Shown one piece after another: positions 46,913-56,008 of a stretch of DNA of 56,055 nt. Source of the stretch: Acidobacteriota bacterium (GTDB lineage Bacteria > Acidobacteriota > UBA6911); the NCBI GenBank assembly GCA_017860135.1, contig JAFNAG010000012.1, positions 1 to 56,055 of the forward strand, written 5' to 3'. Each line of letters begins with the position of its first letter. The first letter of the stretch is position 1. The translations under genes were made by a program, and so were the position numbers. A model generated the notes under the pieces. The model searched no databases, was not told the DNA's origin, and saw only the letters and a list, made by a program, of their open reading frames with translations.

Positions 46913-49660
46913 TCAGAACATCCTGTCGAACCAGGCGTCCTCGAGGATTCTGGTCTTCTTGACCAGCGTCCTGCCTGCCGCGCGCACGACAACGGTATAT
47001 TCTCCGGGATTCGCGGCGATCGATCCCCCGAAGCTTGGCATCGCCGCGGCGGCTCCGCCGCCCCGGCCGCCGCCCATGCCGCCTCCCGTGCCGCCGCCTC
47101 TGCCGCCTCTGCCGCCGGCCGGAGGCTGCACGAGCAGCGTCGGTGTGATCCTCATGTTCCAGAGCACCTGGTTCAGCCCGGCGGCATTCGGGCCTTTGGT
47201 TTCCGCCAGAACGCGCGCGCCCTGGAGAATCTGGATCGTTACTTCTCCCGGGGAGAGCGGGGCCCTCTGGTAGTAGTTGATGACCATGCCGTTCGGTTCG
47301 CTGGGTGCATTGAAGTTGATCGACGCCGACACCGGCGCACGCCGGGTGATCCACTTCACCTTGGGCTCGACGTCAAACAGGTAAAAGTCCTGTCCCAGCA
47401 CCTGCGCATCGAGTTCCTGCAGCGGCGTGATGTCCGTGATGAAGAATCCGCGGCCGTGGGTCGCCACGATCAGGTCATTCTCCCTCGGATGGATTTCAAG
47501 ATCGTACACCGGCTGCGTCGGAAGGCCCTTCATTTCGGTCCAGGTCGCGCCGCCGTCGATAGTGGCGAAAAGCCCGAAGTCAACGCCGGCGAACAGCAGG
47601 TTCGGATTCCTCGGGTCTTCGATGACGACGTTGACGGCCTTGTTGGGCAGGTTGCCCGTGATCGAGCTCCAGGTCTGCCCGAAATCGGTCGTCTTGTAAA
47701 TGAAGGGGCGAAAGTCGTCGTGACGCATTCCGGTATAGGTGAGGAAGGCGGTTCCCGCCTGGTGTCTGGAAGCCACCACGTGGCTCACCCAGAATCCCGG
47801 GTTTCCCCTGATGTTGTCGTTCAGTTTCGTCCAGTTGGCGCCGTCGTCCTTCGTGACCCACACATTGCCGTCGTCCGTTCCCACCCAGAGCAGTCCCCTG
47901 GCGATGGATGACTCGTCAAACGCCGTGATGGTGCAGTACTCGATGTTGCCGTCGCCTCCTTTGCCGGTGATGAGTTTAACCGGATCGTTGGTCGTGAGGT
48001 CCGGGCTGATAACCTCCCACGTGTCCCCGCGGGTTGTTGATTTCAGCACCTTGTTCGCGGCGTGGTAGATCACGTTGGGATCGTGGGGAGAAACGAGGAT
48101 GGGGGAAGACCAGTTGCGACGGAGGGTGTTGTCGCGGTGGGTGATGCTTTTTGATTCCCCCGTGTAGAGATCGGTCCGGCTGATGGACCCGAACTGGGAT
48201 TCGTTGTACAGGTAACGGTTGGTGACCAGGTCGACGACGTTGTAGAAGCCGTCGCCTCCACCCACGGTTTGCCAATCTTCGAAAACGATCCGGCCGCCGC
48301 CGCGCTTCGAGCTCGGGCCGCGCACGGAGCCGTTGTCCTGCAGGCCGCCGTACACGTTGTACGGATACTGCATGTCGTAGCCGACCTGGTACAGCTGTGC
48401 CAGCGGCAGTTCGTCGGGATGATACCAGTTTGCGCCACCGTCCCAGGTGACTCCCATGCCGTGATCGTAGCCGAGCAGGATGTGCTTCGAGTTTTTAGGA
48501 TCGATCCACAATCCGTGATTGTCGCCTCCGAACCGGAACGGCGACGCCCAGGTTTTCCCTCCGTCGGTGGAATGGGTGACGCCGACGCTGAGAACGTAGA
48601 CGTGGTTTGCATCGTTGGGATCGACGCGGATCTGCATGTAGTAGTAGCCCGGTCCGCCGCCGATGTTCTGCTTGTCGGGGCTGACCTTCCTCCAGCTCTT
48701 TCCCGCATCATCGCTGCGGTAGACTTCCTCCCCGATCATCCCTGAACTTGACTTGCCGGCGCGCAGCTCCTTGAGGCGCTCCTCATCGGACATGCCCGGC
48801 TTGTTGGCGTTCTCGATGTTGGCGTACACGATATTCGGGCTGCTCAGGGAGACATCCAGGCCGATTCGTCCCAGCATGCCCCCGGGAAGCCCGGCGGTCA
48901 GCTTGGTCCATGTGGCCCCCGCGTCCGTGGTCTTGTAAATTCCGCTTCCCGGTCCGCCGAGGTTGAACGTCCAAGGCTTGCGCTCCTTGTCGTACGATGC
49001 CGCATAGAGGACCCTTGGGTCCTTGGGATCCATCACCACGTCGCAAACCCCAATGGCGCGGTCCCCCACCTTGACATCGAGGGACTTCGTCCAGGTCTTG
49101 CCTCCGTCTGCCGTCTTGTAGAGCCCGCGCTCGGGGTTCTCGGAATAGAGGTGCCCGAGTGCGGCGACGTAGACGATGTCGGGGTTTTTCGGATCGACAA
49201 TGATCCTTCCGATGTGGTGGCTCTCCTTGAGCCCCATGTTCGCCCATGTCCTGCCGGCATCCGTCGATTTGTACACCCCATCCCCCCAGTAGGTACTGCG
49301 GGAAGCGGTGGCTTCGCCGCTGCCCACCCAAACGATGCCGGGATTCGACGCGGCAACAGCGACGTCGCCGATGGAGATGACCGGCTGGGTGTCGAAAATC
49401 GACTCCCAGCTGATCCCATGGTTGACGGACTTCCACAGCCCGCCGGAACCGGTGGCCGCGTATATCGTGGCCGGCTCGAGTTCCGGGACCGCGAAATCGA
49501 CGAAACGGCCGCTCTGCCGGGTCGGACCGATGTTGCGAAAGCTGAATGCCTTGAGGACATCCGGTGAAAGCGCCTGGGCACCGGTATCAGATGCAAAGAG
49601 AAGCATGGATAGCACGACCAGTGCCATGGCGCATGGAGTTTTCATTCTGCTCGGTCTCAT
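46913..49660 (-). CDS. secreted BNR/Asp-box repeat (sortilin/VPS10-like) protein
   Basis: It has a signal peptide (MALVVLSMLLFASDTGAQA). There are at least 8 Asp-box SxDxGxTW motifs (STDAGRTW, TADGGKTW, TTDAGATW, SDDAGKSW, STDGGKTW and others). The ATG at 49660 follows AAGGAG. The first 173 codons of the listed ORF are discarded. Confidence 0.88.
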   Translation of the reverse strand: MRPSRMKTPCAMALVVLSMLLFASDTGAQALSPDVLKAFSFRNIGPTRQSGRFVDFAVPELEPATIYAATGSGGLWKSVNHGISWESIFDTQPVISIGDVAVAASNPGIVWVGSGEATASRSTYWGDGVYKSTDAGRTWANMGLKESHHIGRIIVDPKNPDIVYVAALGHLYSENPERGLYKTADGGKTWTKSLDVKVGDRAIGVCDVVMDPKDPRVLYAASYDKERKPWTFNLGGPGSGIYKTTDAGATWTKLTAGLPGGMLGRIGLDVSLSSPNIVYANIENANKPGMSDEERLKELRAGKSSSGMIGEEVYRSDDAGKSWRKVSPDKQNIGGGPGYYYMQIRVDPNDANHVYVLSVGVTHSTDGGKTWASPFRFGGDNHGLWIDPKNSKHILLGYDHGMGVTWDGGANWYHPDELPLAQLYQVGYDMQYPYNVYGGLQDNGSVRGPSSKRGGGRIVFEDWQTVGGGDGFYNVVDLVTNRYLYNESQFGSISRTDLYTGESKSITHRDNTLRRNWSSPILVSPHDPNVIYHAANKVLKSTTRGDTWEVISPDLTTNDPVKLITGKGGDGNIEYCTITAFDESSIARGLLWVGTDDGNVWVTKDDGANWTKLNDNIRGNPGFWVSHVVASRHQAGTAFLTYTGMRHDDFRPFIYKTTDFGQTWSSITGNLPNKAVNVVIEDPRNPNLLFAGVDFGLFATIDGGATWTEMKGLPTQPVYDLEIHPRENDLIVATHGRGFFITDITPLQELDAQVLGQDFYLFDVEPKVKWITRRAPVSASINFNAPSEPNGMVINYYQRAPLSPGEVTIQILQGARVLAETKGPNAAGLNQVLWNMRITPTLLVQPPAGGRGGRGGGTGGGMGGGRGGGAAAAMPSFGGSIAANPGEYTVVVRAAGRTLVKKTRILEDAWFDRMF

Positions 49661-49939
49661 AGGTGAAGGCTCCTTATCAGGAATGCTGTTGAATTGCGGG
49701 TCTTCCTGAGGATCCGGCAGACAGCATGCTGTGGCTCTGCGGACCACAGCATTGTGCGTCCCCGTGCCCGGATTCCTGTAAATACCGGGACATTTGTAGC
49801 GCGGTACCACCCGAAGAAGCAAGCCGGAAATGAGAGGGAGTAAGTTGACTTCCGAGACCCGCGCCGTGCTAGACTGGCGGCGCCAGCCGGTCTGCAGCTT
49901 GTGCTTCGGCCGGATTCGGTCGCACGCGGAGAGAAGACG

Positions 49940-51394
49940 ATGAGAGATTTTCGCGGCAACGTTCCCGGCTCTCCCGGCGCAGGCGGGGGGCACCCTGAGG
50001 AGGAAGTGCTTCCGGCTCGCGCGTTGGAGAGGATCATCGGGAAACCGCCTGCCTACTGGACTTCTCAGGACCTCATCGAGCTTGCGCGGGCAAGGCGCAT
50101 CCGCCTGGTGAGTCTGATGCACATCGGGGGCGACGGCTGGCTGAAAACGCTGGATTTCGTTCCCAGGGATGTACTGCATCTTCAGGACATACTGGAAGGC
50201 GGAGAGAGAGCCGACGGCTCGAGCCTGTTCGCTGGCAAGGGGGTGCGCGCAGGGGCCTCCGACATGCTCCTACGGCCGCGCATCGACAGCGCATTCCTGG
50301 ATCCGTTCTCCCACTGCCCCACACTGGTCCTGATGTGCGAGCACATCGGACGGGACGGCAGACCGCTTCCCGAATCACCCGATGCCATCGTGAGGCGCGG
50401 CTATGAGCGGCTGAAATCCCTCGCCGGCGTGGACCTTTGGGCCCTTGGCGAGGTCGAGTACTTTCTGGGCAAACATGCGGCCGAAAGCGACATCTACGGC
50501 GCGGATGAACGTGGATATCACGCCAGCTCGCCCTTCGTGTTCGGCCAGGGGTTGCGCCGGCAGGCGCTGGTGATGCTGGCCGAGATCGGCGTGCCGATCA
50601 AGTACGGCCACAGCGAGGTCGGCTACATCGCCGCCACGGAAGCCGATGACATGATCTGGGAGCAGCACGAGGTGGAACTTGCGCTCGCACCCCTACCCCA
50701 GGCAGCTGAGGGAGTTGCGCTGACCCAGTGGGTGTTGCGGAACCTGGTGCACCAGCAGGGAATGCGGTGCAGTTTCGACCCGATCCTCCGCAAGGGGCAC
50801 GCCGGCTCCGGGCTTCATTTCCATCTTTCACCCATTGTGGAAGGGAAGCATGCGGGAAGGTCCGAACCCGGTAACAACCTCAGCGCTCCCGGGCAATGGC
50901 TCGTCGCCGGCCTGGTGCAGTTCGGCACCGCACTCATGGCTTTCGGCAACCGCAGCGCGGGTTCCTTTGTCCGGCTGAGCCAGGCGAAGGAGGCCCCAAT
51001 GGGGATTACCTGGGGTGCTTATGACCGCCACGCACTCGTCCGGCTTCCCCTCATGGCGACAACAGCGGAGGGACGCGCGGTCAGCCCCCCGACAATCGAA
51101 TTCCGCCTTCCGGACGGCTCGGCTCATCCCTACCTGCTCCTGGCCGGTGTCGCGCAGGCGATGGCGGCGGGGCGGTCCACTCCTGACCTGGCCGGATGGC
51201 TGGAGCGCACATCCTCGGCGCAAAACCAGACGCAAACCTTCGATGCGGACGGCGGTTGCGGGCGACTTCCGACGTCTTTTGCGGACATCGCAAGCCTGCT
51301 CGCACGGCACCGCGCGGTGTTTGAGGATGGAAATGTGTTTCCCCCGGGCTTGATCGACCTGTTCCTGGCGATGCTGCGGGCCCAGGCAGGATGA
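49940..51394 (+). CDS. glutamine synthetase-family protein (GS-like ligase, specificity unknown)
   Basis: GS-like motifs GEVEYFL and GSGLHFHLS are present. The ATG at 49940 follows GGAGAG. Confidence 0.75.
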   Translation: MRDFRGNVPGSPGAGGGHPEEEVLPARALERIIGKPPAYWTSQDLIELARARRIRLVSLMHIGGDGWLKTLDFVPRDVLHLQDILEGGERADGSSLFAGKGVRAGASDMLLRPRIDSAFLDPFSHCPTLVLMCEHIGRDGRPLPESPDAIVRRGYERLKSLAGVDLWALGEVEYFLGKHAAESDIYGADERGYHASSPFVFGQGLRRQALVMLAEIGVPIKYGHSEVGYIAATEADDMIWEQHEVELALAPLPQAAEGVALTQWVLRNLVHQQGMRCSFDPILRKGHAGSGLHFHLSPIVEGKHAGRSEPGNNLSAPGQWLVAGLVQFGTALMAFGNRSAGSFVRLSQAKEAPMGITWGAYDRHALVRLPLMATTAEGRAVSPPTIEFRLPDGSAHPYLLLAGVAQAMAAGRSTPDLAGWLERTSSAQNQTQTFDADGGCGRLPTSFADIASLLARHRAVFEDGNVFPPGLIDLFLAMLRAQAG

Positions 51395-51476
51395 TGAGTG
51401 GATTTCGGAAGGGTCGAGGATGAAAGCCGCAAGCTCGGACGCAGATGAAGGGCGGAGGGTCCGAGTCGGCGGAGGC

Positions 51477-51505
51477 TTACAGAATGTGTTAGAATCTGCC
51501 TGTAA
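51477..51505 (+). promoter_or_regulatory. candidate extended -10 promoter with flanking dyad upstream of marR
   Basis: TGtTAGAAT has its -10 at 51490-51495. It is bracketed by the inverted hexamers TTACAG (51477-51482) and CTGTAA (51500-51505). This geometry fits a MarR autoregulatory operator. Confidence 0.4.
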
Positions 51506-51552
51506 TCCGGAATGATGGGGTGTTGTCGGCCTCGGGTGAAAGGGTGCAAGGC

Positions 51553-52164
51553 ATGTCTGAAAACGAATCCACCGACCCGATCGATGACTTTCTTGGCAGC
51601 GCCCATGTATTCGTCTCCGCTGTCGCCGAGGTGATCGAGGAGGATCTGCTCCGCGAAGTCACAGAAAACCAGATTTCCGTTTCTCAATTTAAGCTGCTCA
51701 AGCTCGTGAGCCTGACCGAGGCGCAGACCATCAGCGACGTTGCCGCTTTCCTCGGAGTAAGCAACGCCGCCGCGAGCAAGGCGGTGGACAAGCTGGTCCG
51801 CATGATGCTTCTTCGACGCACCGAGGGGGAGACTGACCGTCGTTCCATCCACCTCTCCCTCACACAGCCGGGCAAGCGCATCCTCTCTTCCTATGAGGCT
51901 GCTCGCCGCCGCAAACTGCAGGAAATCTTCGGGAACTTCCAGAGGGAAGAGCTGCAGCAGGCGGCGGCGCTTCTTGACAGGCTCTCCGCACACATCGCCG
52001 ACACGAGCGGCGGGGAGAAGCAGATGTGCCTGCAGTGCGGCATCTACTTCCGCGAGAAATGCGTGCTGCGCAAAATACTCAGCCGCCAGTGCCTGTACCA
52101 GCGCCAGCGCGGCGAGCCCCTGAATCCGGCACACCCCTGTTTCGAAGGTGATCCACAGACATGA
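51553..52164 (+). CDS. MarR-family transcriptional regulator with Cys-rich C-terminal extension
   Basis: The winged HTH reads QFKLLKLV...ISDVAAFLGVSNAAASKAVDKLV...DRRSIHLSLT. The extra tail is CLQCGIYFREKCVLRKILSRQCLY...HPC. Its stop overlaps the next ATG as ATGA. Confidence 0.85.
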   Translation: MSENESTDPIDDFLGSAHVFVSAVAEVIEEDLLREVTENQISVSQFKLLKLVSLTEAQTISDVAAFLGVSNAAASKAVDKLVRMMLLRRTEGETDRRSIHLSLTQPGKRILSSYEAARRRKLQEIFGNFQREELQQAAALLDRLSAHIADTSGGEKQMCLQCGIYFREKCVLRKILSRQCLYQRQRGEPLNPAHPCFEGDPQT

Positions 52165-53138
52165 AGGATGAGAATATCGATCGACGCGATTTCCTGAAAC
52201 GATCGGTTCAGGCGGGAACCGCCGTGGCTGCCGCCGGGGGCCTGGGTTTCTGGCTCAGCTCCCGCGGCGGCCACCCCGGACGGGAGGCGTCGGCGTCGCT
52301 CGTGCGGAATTACAGCGTCGAGGCCGGGAACGATCTGCCCCAAATGGTTGTGGCGTCCGGGGGCGACCCGGCCGCACTCGCAACCGCGGCAATGAACGCC
52401 CTGGGCGGGATGCAGAAATTCGTCTCGCGGGGGGACGTGGTGGTTTTGAAGCCCAACATCGGTTGGGACCGTGTCCCGCAGCAGGCCGCCAACACCAATC
52501 CGGACCTGGTGAAGGCGATTGCGCTCATGTGCTTTGAGGCGGGCGCGAAAAAGGTGGTGGTGACCGATGTGTCGTGCAACGATCCCAGGCGCTGTTTTCT
52601 GCGCAGCGGCATCGCCGGAGCGGCCGAATCGGTGGGCGCCACCGTACTTCTGCCCGAAGAACGCAGATTCCGCGACTACCGCATCAACGGCGAGCTCCTG
52701 TCGGTCTGGCCCATCTACACCCCTATCATCGAAACCGACAAGATCATCAACGTCCCCATCGTGAAGCACCACAACCTCTCGAGGGTCACCATGGGAATGA
52801 AGAACTGGTACGGCATGCTCGGCGGCAGGAGGAACCAGCTCCATCAGAATATCGAAGTGGGGATCACGGATCTTGCGACATTCATGCGCCCGACCCTCAC
52901 GATTCTGGACGCGTACCGCGTCCTGACGGCCAACGGCCCGCAGGGCGGGAACCTGAACGACGTGAAGCTGATGAAGACCGTCGTGGCGGGAGTCGATCCC
53001 GTGGCAATCGACGCATATGGAGCTACCTTCCTGGGCTTGAAGGCGGAGCAGGTTCCCTACATCATGATGGGCCACGAGCGCGGCCTGGGGAACAGAAACT
53101 ATTCCGAACTGCAGGTGAAGTATGTCAGCATCGACTGA
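52161..53138 (+). CDS. DUF362 domain protein with Tat signal
   Basis: The N-terminus DRRDFLKRSVQAGTAVAAAGG is a Tat motif. The DUF362 core reads DVVVLKPNIGW...VVVTD...INVPIVKHH. Confidence 0.8.
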   Translation: MKDENIDRRDFLKRSVQAGTAVAAAGGLGFWLSSRGGHPGREASASLVRNYSVEAGNDLPQMVVASGGDPAALATAAMNALGGMQKFVSRGDVVVLKPNIGWDRVPQQAANTNPDLVKAIALMCFEAGAKKVVVTDVSCNDPRRCFLRSGIAGAAESVGATVLLPEERRFRDYRINGELLSVWPIYTPIIETDKIINVPIVKHHNLSRVTMGMKNWYGMLGGRRNQLHQNIEVGITDLATFMRPTLTILDAYRVLTANGPQGGNLNDVKLMKTVVAGVDPVAIDAYGATFLGLKAEQVPYIMMGHERGLGNRNYSELQVKYVSID

Positions 53139-54858
53139 TCCCGCTACGGGAATCAATCCCGCATGCCCGGGCCTGTTCAAGCCGCGAAAACCGAGGTTTT
53201 GGCTGCGCTGGCTCCGCCGCATCTCGCAGGTCGTCTTTCTGGGCCTGTTTTTCTTCCTGCTTTTCCAGACCGAATTTCGCGGTACCTTCACCCGCGGGGC
53301 CACAGAAGCCATCCGCCTGGATTATCCGGTGAGCATCTTCCTGGAAATGGACCCGCTGGTTGCGTTCTCCACGGCGCTGGCAACGCACGCCATCTACGGC
53401 AAGGTCATTTGGGCGCTCGTGATCATCGCGGGGACGATCCTGGTCGGCAGGTTCTTCTGCGGCTGGGTCTGCCCGCTGGGCACCCTCAATCACTTCTTCT
53501 CGAGTTACAAGCCCGAGCGCAAGGGAATGAAACGGATCGGCTCCAATCACTACAAGAGATGGATGTCGACCAAATACTACCTTCTGTTCGCGCTGATCGC
53601 GATGTCGGTGTTCACCTCGCTGCAGACCGGCATCCTCGATCCGATCCCGTTCCTGGTGCGCTCGCTTTCGACTTCCGTCCTTCCGGCGCTGAGCTTCGGC
53701 ATGCGCAGCGCGTTCGATTTTCTCTACGGGACGAACATCGGGGCGCTGCAATGGGCTGCGGACGCGGGCTACGGCGTGTTCGGATCGAACGTGCTGAGTT
53801 TCAAGCCCCAGTACTATCATTTCGGTTTCCTGATCGGCGTCCTCTTCGTGGGCGTCACAATCCTCAACCGCTTCATCACCCGTTTCTGGTGCCGCGGGGT
53901 CTGCCCGCTGGGCGCGCTCATGGGGCTGCTGTCGCGTTTCTCCATTTACGGCATGGAGAAGAATCACTCCAAATGCGACGACTGCAACCGCTGCCTCCTG
54001 CATTGCCAGGGCGCCTGTGATCCGCAAGGGAAAGTACCGTGGCGGCAGGCGGAGTGCCACCTCTGCTTCAACTGCGAGGTCGCCTGCCCGGAAGACGTGA
54101 TCCGGTTCAAGTTTTTCCCCCGCACCGAGGCGATCAATGTGCTGCCGGACCTGAGACGGCGCCGGGCGTTCGAGAGCGTAGCCGCGGGCGTGGTGCTGCT
54201 GCCGGTCGTGCGCGCGAGCACAGGCCTTGCCAAAGATTACAATGCAGGCGTGATCCGCCCCCCGGGATCCCTGGAGGAGCCGGAATTCCTGGCCCGGTGC
54301 ATCCGCTGCGGCGAGTGCATGAAGGTGTGCCCGACCAATGCGATTCACCCGGCGCTGCTGGAGAGCGGCATCGAAGGCCTGTGGACCCCCATGCTCAAGA
54401 TGCGCGTCGGCTATTGCGAGTACAGCTGTGTTCTGTGCAGCCAGGTCTGCCCGACCGGCGCCATCTGGAAACTAACCGAAGCCGAGAAACTCGGCACGGT
54501 CGAAGAGGGCGGCAAAGTGCCCGCAAAGAAAAAAAGCGGCCCGGTGAAAATCGGAACTGCTTTTTACGATCAGGGCAGGTGCCTCCCCTGGGCGATGGCC
54601 ACCCCGTGCATCGTCTGCGAGGAATTCTGCCCGACATCGCCGAAAGCGATCTGGGTCCAGGCCGAGAACGTCCCGCGCCGCGACGGGAGCATGGTAGCCG
54701 TGCAGCGGCCGAGGGTCGATGTGGACCGCTGTGTCGGCTGCGGGATCTGCGAGAACGTCTGCCCCGTGCAGGACCGGCCTGCTGTGTATGTGACCAATAT
54801 CGGCGAGACGCGCTCCCGCAGCAACCAGATCCGCCTGGAGAGCGGCGCCTATCGATAA
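53122..54858 (+). CDS. membrane-bound polyferredoxin (NapH/MauN-like N-terminal half plus multiple 4Fe-4S ferredoxin motifs)
   Basis: The NapH-like motifs are FFCGWVCPLG and FWCRGVCPLG. At least 5 CxxCxxCxxxCP-type clusters are present (CDDCNRCLLHC, CHLCFNCEVACP, CIRCGECMKVCP, CVLCSQVCP, CIVCEEFCP, CVGCGICENVCP). The ATG overlaps the DUF362 gene by 17 nt. Confidence 0.85.
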   Translation: MSASTDPATGINPACPGLFKPRKPRFWLRWLRRISQVVFLGLFFFLLFQTEFRGTFTRGATEAIRLDYPVSIFLEMDPLVAFSTALATHAIYGKVIWALVIIAGTILVGRFFCGWVCPLGTLNHFFSSYKPERKGMKRIGSNHYKRWMSTKYYLLFALIAMSVFTSLQTGILDPIPFLVRSLSTSVLPALSFGMRSAFDFLYGTNIGALQWAADAGYGVFGSNVLSFKPQYYHFGFLIGVLFVGVTILNRFITRFWCRGVCPLGALMGLLSRFSIYGMEKNHSKCDDCNRCLLHCQGACDPQGKVPWRQAECHLCFNCEVACPEDVIRFKFFPRTEAINVLPDLRRRRAFESVAAGVVLLPVVRASTGLAKDYNAGVIRPPGSLEEPEFLARCIRCGECMKVCPTNAIHPALLESGIEGLWTPMLKMRVGYCEYSCVLCSQVCPTGAIWKLTEAEKLGTVEEGGKVPAKKKSGPVKIGTAFYDQGRCLPWAMATPCIVCEEFCPTSPKAIWVQAENVPRRDGSMVAVQRPRVDVDRCVGCGICENVCPVQDRPAVYVTNIGETRSRSNQIRLESGAYR

Positions 54859-54859
54859 T

Positions 54860-54967
54860 GCGGGAAATCGGGGACGCACGCCCATTTCCGCAAAACGACT
54901 GGTTAGAGGAGGGCTTGCTGGAAGCAGCGGAAATAGGCGTGCGTCCCCAATTTGCGCCGATTTCCGC
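54860..54967. repeat. nested palindromic element inside the operon (22-bp stem)
   Basis: GGGGACGCACGCCCATTTCCGC (54870-54891) pairs with GCGGAAATAGGCGTGCGTCCCC (54927-54948) at 21/22 positions. The outer arms are GCGGGAAATCGG (54860-54871) and CCGATTTCCGC (54957-54967). Confidence 0.75.
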
Positions 54968-55007
54968 TGATTGGAGCATCGCAACTTTAATCTACTGAGA
55001 GGTTCGT

Positions 55008-55961
55008 ATGAAAAAGACCACTGTGACTCTGCTGATTCTGGCCGGTATTGCGTTTGTTTCCTGCAGCAGGCAGGAGACCGCGACCAAACAGGAGCCCGAG
55101 GCCGCCGCGCCGGCAGCCGCCTCCAAGGTGTCGCCGGAGCTGGCGGCGTTGCTCCCCGCCAAAAACGAGGTGCCCGGATGGGCAGCGTCTCAGGCGCCCC
55201 GCGCATTCACTGCGGGGAATCTCTGGGAATTCATCAACGGCGCCGCAGACGGATACTTGGCGTATGGATTCGAAGAGGTCGTCACCGCGGACTTCGCACA
55301 GGAGGGAACCGGCTACCAGGCGGTCGTCGACATTTACCGGATGAAAGACCCTCTCAATGCCTTCGGCATTTACACGCAGGAAAGGAATCCCGACTATCCG
55401 TTTCTCAAGGTAGGCAACGAAGGGTACTCGGGAGGCACCGCGGTGAACTTCTGGACCGGTTCCTATTATGTGAAGATAACGACTTTCGAGGAAAAGGAGG
55501 CGATCCAGCAGGAGATGCTCAAGATGGCGCAGGCGGTGGCAGGCAAGGTCAAGGATCCCGGTGCGGAGCCCGCCGAAGTAGGATTTTTCCCGAAGGCAAA
55601 CCAGCTTCCTCACACAATCGTTTACATACCCAAAGATGTGCTGGCGCAGAGCTACTTCACGAACGGATTCGAGGCGAAATACAAGCAAGGGGACAAGGAG
55701 TACAAGATGATCCTCATCCGCCTCGAAAGCCCCGATGCGGCGAAGGAAGCGCTGGCGCGCTACCGGCAGTTCCTCTCTGCCGGCGGCAAGACTGTCAAAG
55801 GCCTCGCCGTGCCCGGGGAGGGCGGCTTCACAGGCCAGGACAGTTTCTACGGCAACGTGGCGGCGGCAGCGTCCGGCAATAACATCGCCGTGGCGCTGGG
55901 AACTCCTTCGGAGGATGCCGGAAAAAAACTGATCACCGAGCTGCTTGAAAACACGAAGTAG
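55008..55961 (+). CDS. lipoprotein of unknown function
   Basis: The signal peptide has a lipobox-like sequence, LLILAGIAFVSC. The RBS is GAGAGG. I cannot confidently name a family. Confidence 0.75.
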   Translation: MKKTTVTLLILAGIAFVSCSRQETATKQEPEAAAPAAASKVSPELAALLPAKNEVPGWAASQAPRAFTAGNLWEFINGAADGYLAYGFEEVVTADFAQEGTGYQAVVDIYRMKDPLNAFGIYTQERNPDYPFLKVGNEGYSGGTAVNFWTGSYYVKITTFEEKEAIQQEMLKMAQAVAGKVKDPGAEPAEVGFFPKANQLPHTIVYIPKDVLAQSYFTNGFEAKYKQGDKEYKMILIRLESPDAAKEALARYRQFLSAGGKTVKGLAVPGEGGFTGQDSFYGNVAAAASGNNIAVALGTPSEDAGKKLITELLENTK

Positions 55962-55973
55962 GCTGCAAAGAAG

Positions 55974-56008
55974 AACGCTGTCTCCGGACGCCACAGCGTT
56001 ATTTTATC
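55974..56008. terminator. intrinsic terminator hairpin, possibly bidirectional
   Basis: AACGCTGT - 11-nt loop - ACAGCGTT is followed by ATTTTAT. It lies 13 nt after the lipoprotein stop. Confidence 0.6.

Noticed and set aside
49661-50179. N-terminal extensions of listed ORFs: 173 extra codons on the BNR protein, 37 on panB, 63 on the permease, 35 on the PP2C phosphatase, and 29 on the esterase-like protein.
   Set aside because: The extensions are Arg/Pro-rich and not family-like. Internal ATGs with Shine-Dalgarno motifs coincide with the start of the signal peptide or conserved N-terminus.
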